Assembly (NCBI GenBank): GCA_964247055.1
Contig: OZ176059.1
Coordinates: 620,001 to 684,000 of the forward strand
DNA: 64,000 bases
From: Paragordius varius
Taxonomy: Eukaryota; Animalia; Nematomorpha
Direction: 5' to 3'
Shown here: positions 24,764 to 36,800 of the stretch, one piece after another
Position numbering within the stretch: position 1 is the stretch's first letter
How the letters are laid out: every line of letters starts with the position of its first letter
Notes under the pieces: generated by a model
The model's input: the letters and a program-made list of their open reading frames with translations, nothing else
Databases searched by the model: none
What the model was told of the DNA's origin: nothing
Position numbers and translations under genes: made by a program

Positions 24764-24811
24764 ATGAAAATACGGATATCGATATTGACGCTAATCTATT
24801 GTCATCTCTTG
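24764..24811 (+). CDS. HSPG2: Perlecan exon 1 (signal peptide [16 protein letters not shown])
   Basis: ATG 24764; donor TTG|GTATAT, phase 0; completed by IILA in exon 2. Confidence 0.8.
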
Positions 24812-27800
24812 GTATATTTATGATTACTTTACTTAATTTTTATCTGTTAATTTAATAAAAAAAATAGCTCTTTGGTGTATTTTGTACTTAGATGGTTAAT
24901 TAATAATGATATAAATTTATGTTTGTCAAACTAGATCATTTTGGCGAAAAAGCATAGGAAATCTAAACAAGCAAAACTAAAACAATTTATAAGTTTTGAC
25001 GATGAGGATATTACAGGGTCCGGTGAGGGAAGTGGTATCATTCTTTCCAAGGAATATGAACAAAGGGATTTTGGTATTTTATAAATTTATTATTTATGGA
25101 TTTAAAATAAATTAGAAAGCTATTTTAATTTCTTTCAACCATTTAGCTATGGGTCTTGGCGTTTTTTGCCTTTTATTCTTAGTTTAAGCACCTTCGGTTA
25201 TAAGTATGCTGAATCTTGGGGCAACAATTATTATAATATAACCTTGTTTAATCATGGCCATTTATAATAACAAAATATAGTTAACCATTCTTGAACCGAT
25301 TATTTATCGATGTTTTTCCTTTTTAAGGTTAGATAAGAAAATTTATAAATAAATATCCATCTTTATGTAATTTTTATACCATATGTTTTTGGATGTAAAT
25401 TTATATATTAAATTTTGAGAATATATAACTATTTTTTATATTTATACAAAAAGTACATTTAGGGTGGTCTTTGAGCAGAAAACGGTGAATTAAATATATT
25501 CAATAAAAATTGATTATAAGTATATATTTTGTTTTGATTAAAAAAAAGGAATAAATTACTTGACCGGTAGGTCACTTTTTTCCGTCAAAAATTCCATAAA
25601 ATTTGACATAAGTAAAACTGATAATGATTTTTTTTAAATAAACGGCGAATATAAATTAATTAGATCCGACTAGTCATCATGCGCTTTTAGTTTTTTTTAA
25701 TAATGGCCCTGATTTTTAAGTGTCATTCTTTCGTGTTATAGAACCCTAACAATAAGCAAAAATTAAACCAAAGTTAAATTTAATCATTTGATTGGTTTTG
25801 TCAAATATCGTACAATATTTTTATTATTATTATTATATTAAATTAATAATAGATTCTAAAATATTAATCCAAAACAAATTATATATTTGTTTTTTAATAA
25901 ACTAATTGTCACGCCCAAAGTAGGTTAGGTCAATAAAATATTTCTGCCGTAAACGAATGGCTTAAAAGACTGATCTAAATGATAAAATTTACAACCCAAA
26001 TATATTAATACTAGTTCAGCCTTTACTATTTCTCTATTATGCAGATGTAGATTTGGCCATATTAATTTCGCAACCTTTATACTAACCCAAATGTTAATTT
26101 AGGTGAATTATAAATGCAAACGTTTTTCAAAACTTATATGAAACGGTTATGTGATTTGTGTTTTTTAAACCTGTAAAAATTATTCGACTATGATCGGCAC
26201 AATAAAAGGAGTGTAAATGTCCGAAATGGAATTTAAGGTATATACGCTTTCCGGCATATCGCTTTAAAGTAAAAACTTGCAATTTTGAGGCGTATTTTAC
26301 TAAGAATGGAGCTTAACGCAGTGATTACTTTGGAGAAAGTGCTTGACCTACGAATTAAAAGAAATATTTGGGATCATGATTAATTTATGTTCTGATTTTA
26401 AAACGTTTTAAAAATTTTGGGTTGATAGTTTTTTGCGAAAAATGTAGATCATGGTGGGGCTGAACACAGGGCAAAAAATGGTTCCACCGTGATTGCCACA
26501 TTTCTAAATGATTAAAAAATATTCACTTAAATCGTTTATTATCCCCTGAGTTGCTTTAAAAATACAATTTTCCGGCTTGGATAATTTTTTTTTACATTGA
26601 GAGAGAGGATGGATTTTATAATTGGTTTGAAGATGACGAGCCCTAAGTTATACCGTACAAAAAAATAGCAAGAAAGCTTTTTTTTGAATTCTCTCAAAAG
26701 CTATTGCTTGGCATAAATATGTTAATAAAAATTTTTGGCCGAGAAAAATGAACACAAATTATATAACCCATAATAATATAACACAGGTTAATGTTGGTGA
26801 AAAAATTTGATGCCAAAACTGTACCCTGTGAAATTTTATTTTTTCATCATTGTTTATGAGGGATTATTCGATTATTTCAGTTTATAATTGTAGAATTTGA
26901 TTTTATATATAGATTTAATAAACTATGTATGAAAATCCAATTTCAGCAGTAATAGATTGCACAGAAAAGTCACAACAGCGCCTTTACATTTTCGATTTAT
27001 AGTTAAAATATTTATTCACGTAAAAAAACAATATTACAGACGATTAAACATTCAAATGAAATCAAACCTGAATTAAATAATTTTTGACTCTTTTACCGTA
27101 CAAACGGTTTAAATAATCATAAAAAATAATTTAATTTTGACCAATTTCGATAATATTATACATCTGATCACTTTTGAATACGCTAGAATTTGGCAGAACC
27201 GGTTAAAATTTTTTAAAGAATGGGATGACGAAATCACTTTTAAAAATGTTTGAAACAAACAGCTAAAAAACAATAATTACCATAGATCCGATGTCAAAAT
27301 ATCTTTAAATGGATTTAAAGTTGATTAAATTTCTAATGATATGTTTTATACCAGTTCTAGTGATTTGAAAAAAAATCTAAAAAATTATTTGCTAAAAGTC
27401 AAAGTAAACAATTTATAGTTTAGAATGCGCCTATAATTCCATGAAATGCGTATATTGTAATTTATCCCAACATTATGATTATTAAGATGTGTAAAAATCG
27501 CTCTGAAATAAAAAGTCACCGGAAGGTGGTAAAGAGTTAAATTATCATAACATTTTTTTCACATTTTAATTTTTTAAAATAATTTGTCCATTTTACAACT
27601 ATCCATTAAGAATATAATAATTTTTGGGGAATGTTACACACATACAGCATTTTTAAAATCTTAAAAAATACGGATGATATTGGACTAACTTTAATATATG
27701 CATTCTATGACCTTTTAATCGTTCTTTTCTTTAAATTTTATTATTAAATAATTTGTAGATCTCTGAAACTTTTTGCCGCCAAATAATTTAGGTCGCTAAT

Positions 27801-30800
27801 ATAAGTTGCAAAGAAATATTGATTATTGAAAAAAAATTTAAATAACAATGAGTTTTTTTATGATTTTTAAGTCAGCTGTTTGTGGATATATAAAATTTAT
27901 ATTTTAGATTGAAAGTCATAAAATGTCAATATAAAGCCATTTTTTCTTAAAATATATATTTATTGTTGGGTAAAAATAATTAATAATTTAACAAAAATAC
28001 ATTCGGAGAAAAAATATGCATTAAAATGTAATTTTATCAAAATAATTCCATATCTATTGTGTAGAATCAAAACTGATCACTCTGTATATAAAAATATATT
28101 AATTACTTTAAGATTGAGTGCAAAAATCAATTTTAATAATTACGCTTCATACCTACCCAAATCGAGCCTCGATTCACTTTTGATTTTTATGAAATCGGAA
28201 TGTTAGTTGCTTCTAGATAAAAATTTAACAAACGACAATTTGGTTTTTGGACCCAAAATTAAATATTTGATTAATATTAAATTTATATACAAATTTATAT
28301 GCATATATAGCAATTTATCGTTGTAAAATATTGCTGGAATCCGTTCGGTATCACATGAATTATGGCGATAAAACGACCACCGAATTCCAAGAACTTGCAA
28401 ATGGATTAATTTTGGCATTCTATGATTTGTTTCCTGGAGACTGGCACGATAATATGAAAATAGCCGTTGTTCAAATCAGGTATGATAGGGAGCTAAATGC
28501 TTAAAGAGTTTTTTTCTAATATGTAGATATTTTGATTTTGGTTAAAGGTTTACGCCAATGATGTTTTAGCATTACTGAGCGTGTGCACAACATATGTCAT
28601 TTATCTATAAATATTTGGAAATTCCTTAGTTTATTAAAGTTGCATCATTGGGGCATTCTATAACATATCGCTACATCATAGCTATTTTTCTAACATAGAC
28701 TAAAGAAACAATAAAATTGTAAAATTTGACTCGGAAATGCGATTTTTTGCTTAATTCTTGTGAATACTTCCAAAAACTTTCATGAAAATATAAAGCTTAT
28801 ATTAATTGCGTTTATGACATACATTAACAAATAAAATTTAGCTGACAGGTTTTCTTTTATCGCATTTTTTTATTAGACCAATATGCGATAAAATGCGATT
28901 TGTTGATTTTGATTAATGTCAAAAAATTAAAATAACCTTTTTTGGTATTTAACTAAATAAACATTTATTTTTGAAAAACCTTTCTGTCGCATACTGTTGT
29001 CGTCAGCCTCATATGTTATAATATTGCAAGCTTCAGCTATTGTTACAGAATTTAAGTTTTTATAAAGTACCCCAATTACTTTATATATATCTTTCAAATG
29101 TATGTCGCGCATATCATTGGGTCATAAAACGAGACAAGAACTTTTAAACAGGTTTTTTTGGCTAATAAAATCTAATATAATAGTATTTGGATTGTAAATT
29201 GTAAATTTTTTATTAAATTTTCCCATATTGGTATTAATATTTAATTAAAACTAATAGAGCCAATTTCAACCTCAATTTTATTTTGCATGCTTGAAAAACG
29301 AATATACTTTATTCATAAATTCGTATATTTACCTTTATGTTCACCTTTAAACGCTATTTTCTCCTTTCAAAGGAGGTAAGTGTGTTATAGTTTTTCATTT
29401 GTTCCAGTCTTTTGCTTGTTCGATTTTGACATTGAGAAAATTTAGTTCTTCTTGAATAGTGGATTGCCAGGTTTTATAAGTTCTACTTTTATTGTTTTTA
29501 TTATTAGTTGAGTAAGACAGTATACGCTTTATCCAGTTTGTGTCTTGAGCTCTGTGGATGTGACCAGCTCAACGCAAACGGTATTCACGGATAGCTGTTT
29601 TAATTGGTTTACTTTTTAAAGTTTGATAGGGGCAAAATTTGGCTTGGAAATTTTAGATGTTAGGGTTATGTGCGAAAAGAATGGCGTTTAGGATTTTTTG
29701 CTCACCCTTTTCCAGTGATAGTAGATTTGTTTAGTCATAGGCCATGTTTCCGTACCATATAGTATAGCAGGACGTATAGCCGGCATAAAAATTTATGCCT
29801 TTGAACTGAGTAAAACGTATTTATTATTAACGAGTACTTTGACACTTTTCCCAGCCGGCTATGATTCTATTCGATAAGACCGATTCTATACCACGACCAG
29901 CATCTAAAGTATCACATAGTTATATAAATTCGTCTACAAATTCGAATAAAGTGGTAGACTCGAGGCGAGGAGATCCTATGGTTATTGTGTTTGTTGTATT
30001 GGACGGGGAGCAGATAAAGTTTTTATCATTTAAACTTTTTAAAGCGGAGCATTTTTATGTTCCCACTTTGAACATTTGTTACACTTTATTGAATTTGACG
30101 TTATAATTAATGAGCACACGGGGCCATTTTATTGTCTTGTTTTCATTGGACATTAGTTTGGTTTCAGATGTATTCACTTTTAGACTGAATTAACTTAGGG
30201 TCCTTCTATAATATTAAGTCATTAGCGTACAAAAGTTTAAAATGTAAGCCTTTTTGGATGTCTTTTGTGATCTCCTCCATAATTAGGATGAATAAAAGGG
30301 GACTCAGTACAGAGCCTTGGTCTAGGCCGTTTTCAAGTGGGATGGGGTTCGTATCGCCAACGCTTGTACGGATTCAGGAGTTCGTATATAGTGCTTCTAT
30401 TATTTGTGTCATATTATCCTCTATACCTTGCCTTCTGAGCGACCATGCAATAAGGTGTTGCGGGACTGAGTCGAAAGCCTGTTCCATGTCTACGAACGCA
30501 TAGTGGAGAAGGAGATTTCTCAAATATTGCATCTATAGTACCCTTGTTTTCTGAAAATCCAAATTGCATAGAATCTATGCTGCAGTGTCGACCTGATGGC
30601 TATCAGATTTTCAAATTCGTATATTGAATGAAAAAATTTATTGGAATACTTATATATTTTGAATACAGATTTAATGATCCTTTTCAATTATATTACAGTA
30701 TGCATTTATATGGTGGCTTATTTCACACCATAGTTGGCCAATTTGCAACACAGGAGTGTATGGAAAAAGAGGAAATAATTATTTATTCGACATTTTCTTG

Positions 30801-33800
30801 TTTAACCTATAAACTAATGTGTTGCAAATTGCCCTACTATAGTGTGAAATAAGCAACCATTAAAATGCATACTGTAAATATTAGAGATTAATCCATTTTT
30901 AATAATAGGTCATGCTATTGGTGAATTATTATAATTTAAATAGTCGATTATTTTAATATTATCCATAAATTATAACACAGGTCGTCAAAATTCCGAAATT
31001 TACATTTTTTTACATTTTTGGTTAGATACTTTTATTATATTGTTATGACCAAATTAATTTATAAAATATTTCAAACGAATTTTTTAATGTAATCAAACCA
31101 CTGTTATTCTTAGGCCCAATGCTGATGTAAAAACAAGTGTATTGTTAGACTTTGCCCTTTCCAAACAGATTAATTTGGTTGAAATGGAACAAATGTTTAC
31201 GTTTGCTGTCAAAACTGGTCGAATCGGAAAGTATGAAATTAACAAAGAAGAATATAGCTTCAGTGCCTTAACTCCCAAAAGTAAATTAATTAATCCACAT
31301 TATTATAAAAATATATTTAAATATTCACAAACATATATTAAACCATGTATATAATAGTAACGCTAATCGGACTATTTTATATAAAGATAAGGACAAATTT
31401 TATTAATTATATTAAAATATTCTATTCGCTATTGATTTCAGGGAATGCAATGTTAATAAAGTTTTAACAAGAATTTCTTTAGGTAAAACAAAAAATTATC
31501 AAATTTATGAAAATTTTTATTAAAATAGAAACAAAATTCTAACATATTATTATTATGAAAATCTAAAAATGTTTGCTTAGATTTAAATATATAGCTACTA
31601 TTGCAACAGTTCATACCTCTTAGGGTAATTTTATACTCCAGGGCCATTTAAAATTTATTATGTAAAACTTTTTAGCATTGGGCCAAATTTAAAAATGATT
31701 TTTTTGCCTTTTAGGCGCTTAATACAAAATTAATTTTTTAAATAAAGATAAATTAAAATAAATGTGTATTATGTAGAAAAATATAAATAATTTACAAAAA
31801 GCTTTCAAATTACATTGACACTTATTGATTTTAACATCAGCTGTTCTTTTTATGTTTTGAGGCTATCTGATTTTGGGATCCAAAAAATTAAAAACTCAGA
31901 AAATTAAAAGTTCATTTATCTATTACAGGTGAACCGGGTTAGATATTTTAACCAAAACAACTTTTTAAAAAATATAATCTTTACTACTTTAAGCTTTCTG
32001 GGGTTAAAAACTGTATCAAAATGTCATCGCGTATAAAAAATGAAAATGTAATGAAGAGTTGAAACTAGTTAAAATGAGTCAGTATATAAAGCATAAGTTA
32101 TGCTAAAATTCTGTTATAAATATTAATGTAATGTGCACGATTATTACGAATACAGGCCGTACCGTAAAACAAGAAACCGAAATTCACTAACTATAATTTC
32201 AAAATAATTTGAGCCGTATATTCTGTTAATATAATTTTTGAATAATATTTTCAAAATATTTCCAAACTGAGGTTATAGCAGTTAATACAATTCTACTCGC
32301 CCTCTAAATTCGGTTAGCGGCAAAATCTTATGAAAATATGTATTAAATACCGATTGTAATTACACATTTATCCCTCGTTGGTCTAATATAATGAATGCTT
32401 AATAAATTGAAACTTATTCCTCGGCCATTATCAACTTAGATAATTACCATTAAATTAATTTATCTAAAAACTTTTTAGAAACTCACTATAATTATTTTTA
32501 CTAGTGGCATCATAACAATCTCTAGTTTGCTTTAATAAATTTTATCTATCTTAGCAGCCCGTATAATATAATTTGCAACATACCGATAAAGTATTGGAAA
32601 ACATTTTTTAATTAGTTGCTGAAGGTATCTATTTTATACCGTTACAACCAATAAAGCTTTAAAATACGTTAACAAAATTCGATTATGAAATCTAAAGTTT
32701 GAAATATTGGAAAGTTAGCTATTGAAAATTTGAAATAATAAATTTATTGGAACAGGACACAGCTTTGTTTTCATATAATTTCTTAAATAAATACACACAC
32801 ACATACCTACATATTTAAATTTATATATATAGGCTAATTTTGCGATTTTTATTAACAAATGTAGCCCCTAAAATTAAATTTAAAGCTTAAATGTTAACAT
32901 GGCATATTTAAAAATTCGAACAGAAAAAACCAGTGTTTATGTTTAAATTTCGTAATTTTCATTTAATATTAAAACTCCTTTTATACCATAATGGCAAAGT
33001 TAGATGTTAGGGTTAGATATGTAGAAGTCCCAAGTCAAAAAGTTGTACAGTGCTAACAAGCATTTGTTGTGCAATTACTATTGACGAATGGTTTCTCACA
33101 CTAATTTACATTTTCACTTAGTTTTTTTTTTTAAAACAATATCACGGACTCAAAAATTTATTTAAAAAATTGATTTGCCAAGAATTTATTTTTTCGTTTT
33201 TATTAACTTTTTCCAGGACCATATATACCATTTACAGTTCAAATTCACCCTTAAATTTAAATTCACCCTTAAACAATTCAAATACACCCTTAAACAATTC
33301 AAATTCACCTTCGAACAATTCAAATTCACCCTCAAATAAATAACATGTTTTTTAAGATTAAAAATTACCTATATTTTAATATATTTTTAAAAAATAAAAT
33401 TTTGTTTTAAATTAAAATAATACTGAAAAAATAATTAATTATGCCATAAAGATATATTTTATAATAATAATGAGTTTTATTAGTTCGAAAACATATAATT
33501 TATTTTTAGGGTGAATTTGAATTGTTCGAGGGTGAATTTGAATTGTTCAAGGGTGAATTTAAACTGTAAATGGTATATATATATATATATATATATAAAA
33601 GGAGTGATTATAAATTCAACTAGTTTTGTAAAAGGAAAATTGTTAAAAGGGATGCATTATATTCTAATTTATATAAAAAGTAATATTCAAATATTTTTTA
33701 TAATCTATATCTATATATTTATAAAAATGGAAAGTGGTGGCTTTGTAATCTGTTTCCGGAAAACCGGTAGACCCATTCAAATCCTAATGTCAAAATATAA

Positions 33801-36800
33801 TCATTGATGAATGCCCCGACAATAGCTTCACCCTTTTTTAAATTTGGTCCCCAGTTCTGGCCAATCCCGTGTAAAAATCGGTTTTTTAAAAAAAATTTAC
33901 AAAAATCGTGTCTTTGAAACAATTTTTCGGATAACGTGTTGGACCCTTCGATTTCAAATATGATTTTTTATACTTTTTTTCAATTGCGCTGAACATAGTC
34001 GGCTCGCTTTTTTAATTTAGGCCCACTTACCCGTTCCCCCCGTAAAATGCCATTTTTTCAAAAAAACAAATTCCACAAAAATAATTTTTTGAATCTATTT
34101 TTCGCCCAAGGTATGAGACCGTCAAAATTTAATGAGGATTTCAGGTATTTCCTGTTCGAAGGCTAAAACTTCGGTCGTGCTTTTTTTTATATTGACTGCT
34201 GGATAAGGCGAGACCCGCTAAAAACTGCCCCGTCATATCGAAATAGTGTGCCTTTGGAGCTAAATTTCAGAAAACCTATCTAGCCATATGAGTTCAATAG
34301 GCGCCTAAAATATTACCCGTAACAAGGCAAAAATTTATGCATGCGGTTATTTAAAATTAACCGTTTATTAGGGCCCTTCACGCCCTGAAAAATGCGCCAC
34401 CATAGAATGATTTTTCAGTTTAGAGGCAATTTTTCCAAAAACTAATGAGAGCATATGGAATCAATCATGATTCCAGGTATTATCCGTAAAAAGGCAAATA
34501 TTTTAATCGCTTTTTTCGTATCAGCCTCTGGGTAGGGAGCTACCCGCCTAAAACTCCGCCATCATATCAAAGTTGCGTTGATTAGGAGTTAATTTTCAAA
34601 AATCTTATCAGGCCATAGAAGTGTAACGAGGGCCTGAATTATTACCCGTAAATAAGCAAAAACTTAAGTCGAGCGGTTTTTTTAAAATAAGCCGTCAATT
34701 AGGCCCTTTATGCCCTAAAAAATGGGCTATCATTCAACTTTTATTTAGTTTTGAAGACAATCTTCCAAAAACTATTAAGAACATATGGAATTAATGATGA
34801 TTCCAAGATTCCCCTAAAACGGCAAAAACTTTTATTGAACGTCATTTTTATATTGGCCTCTGGGTGGGCTACCCGCCTACAACTGCGCCACCATATCGAT
34901 ACAGCATGCCTTTGGATCCAAATTTCAGTAAACCTATGAGTTTAATGCGATATTCCCCATATAAAGACAAAGATTTTGCACGCTTTTTTTATACCTACCC
35001 CTGGGTAAGGAGCTACCCGCTGCGCCAAACTATATAGAAATTGCGTTTGTTGGAGCTAATTTACAGAAAATTTATGAAGCCATACAAGTTCAGTTTAACA
35101 CATTTCTGGGGAATTTGTATATCATTTTTTCCTTTAAAAGGGGACCACAAATGAGTTACTGTTTATATCCCTTGATCCCTTTGAATACAATTTCAAAATA
35201 AAACTTTTAACCATGATTTCATAAAACGAAAATCTCAAATTAATTCCAATGATAGTTAAATATTAACCTTAATAAGGGACAGTTTAAATATGGTCAATTT
35301 CGAGTAAACAATATTTGAGCCTAAGCAAAAACCCGTAAAAGAAAAACTAAAGACATTTTTATTAAGTATGTTTTTTATTTTGTCTCCATTACCTCGATTT
35401 ATTGCAAATTATTAAGAATAGTTATCGGTGAGACTACACAGCGAAGCGTGACAGGGCCAGTTAAGTGATTTAATATTAATTTAAAACATTTATTTTCAGA
35501 GAAGAAATCCCTAATATAAAAATAATATATTACAATAAAAAATAAAAAGGAATTGGTTGGATTGTTTTAAACCCTTTCTATACATAATATAACATATTAT
35601 AATTTAAGTGGGCTAATTATTGTCATATTTTTACCATTCCCACCCTATTATTAGGGTAGGTATACACGGTTAAAATTTATATAGGTAGTTTGTATCAATT
35701 TATTTAATTACCGGGTTAATTATTAGGTTATGAGGTTACTTTTATTAATTTTTATGATCCATCCTAATTAGCCCACAAATCTATTTTAAGCCGCTAAGCT
35801 TCCAATTAAACCGTGTTAAATTTTACCTTATTAACAAATTAATAAATGGTTCCAGCTAGATGTGAACCAAATTCAAAATTAAGCTTAACACAATTGTTAC
35901 AATAAAGAATACATTTTAATTTTAATTATGCCTCTTTTAATATATGAGTATCTGGAGTTAATTTTGATTATTAATATTATTATTATTATTATTATTATGT
36001 AAATAGCATAGTAGCAATCTAACATCAAGGTTATTTGATTTAATTTAATGTTTAAATTAAATTTAAATAAATGGTTTTAAAATATTTAATTATATTTATT
36101 ACTATTCACATACATTTATTCTTTAATTTTTAAAAAATTTTGCCTAGCTTTTTACATAATTAACACTTATCTGCATACCCCCGGCCAACTTTAAATTGAT
36201 ACTATTTAAAAAACTATACCAAAAAAGTGGTCCCAATTTAGACTTTTGCCAAAACATTATTCAAAATTTTGTCCGTATAAGATTTTCCCTACTAAAAGCT
36301 TACAAAACCGATTATTAATATTAGATTACACAAGTTCACCATTTTTAAGAAAAAGTTGTACTGACATCATAATAATGTTTTTTAATTATATACTAAGTTA
36401 ATGTGTACTGTTTAGGTGTTGTTTACATGTTTTTACAAATTACAGTATGAGTAAGTATACATTGCTAGAAAGTTATTAATTAATGCCAAAAAGTAAAGAA
36501 AACTAAAGGCAGTATAATTGGCTAATACTAGTAAAATGTGAAAAAAATAATTATAGGCCAATAATACTGCCCTTTGTTATATTTACTATTTGGCAATAAT
36601 TAATGACTTTCTAGCAATGTTCATTTACTCATACTGTACTATGTGGGCAATTAGTAGGATTTAAAGAAAGAAATTTATATTTATTATTAATAAAGTTCAG
36701 CATCTCAATAAACGGTTTTGCAAATAATATATATATATATCTGATAAATTACGCAAATTTTTTTGCATAATATTGTCAATTATAACTATAAAAAATCTCG

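Noticed and set aside
29861-30503. Plus-strand ORFs 29861-30106 and 30258-30503
   Set aside because: Antisense to the decayed LINE reverse transcriptase.
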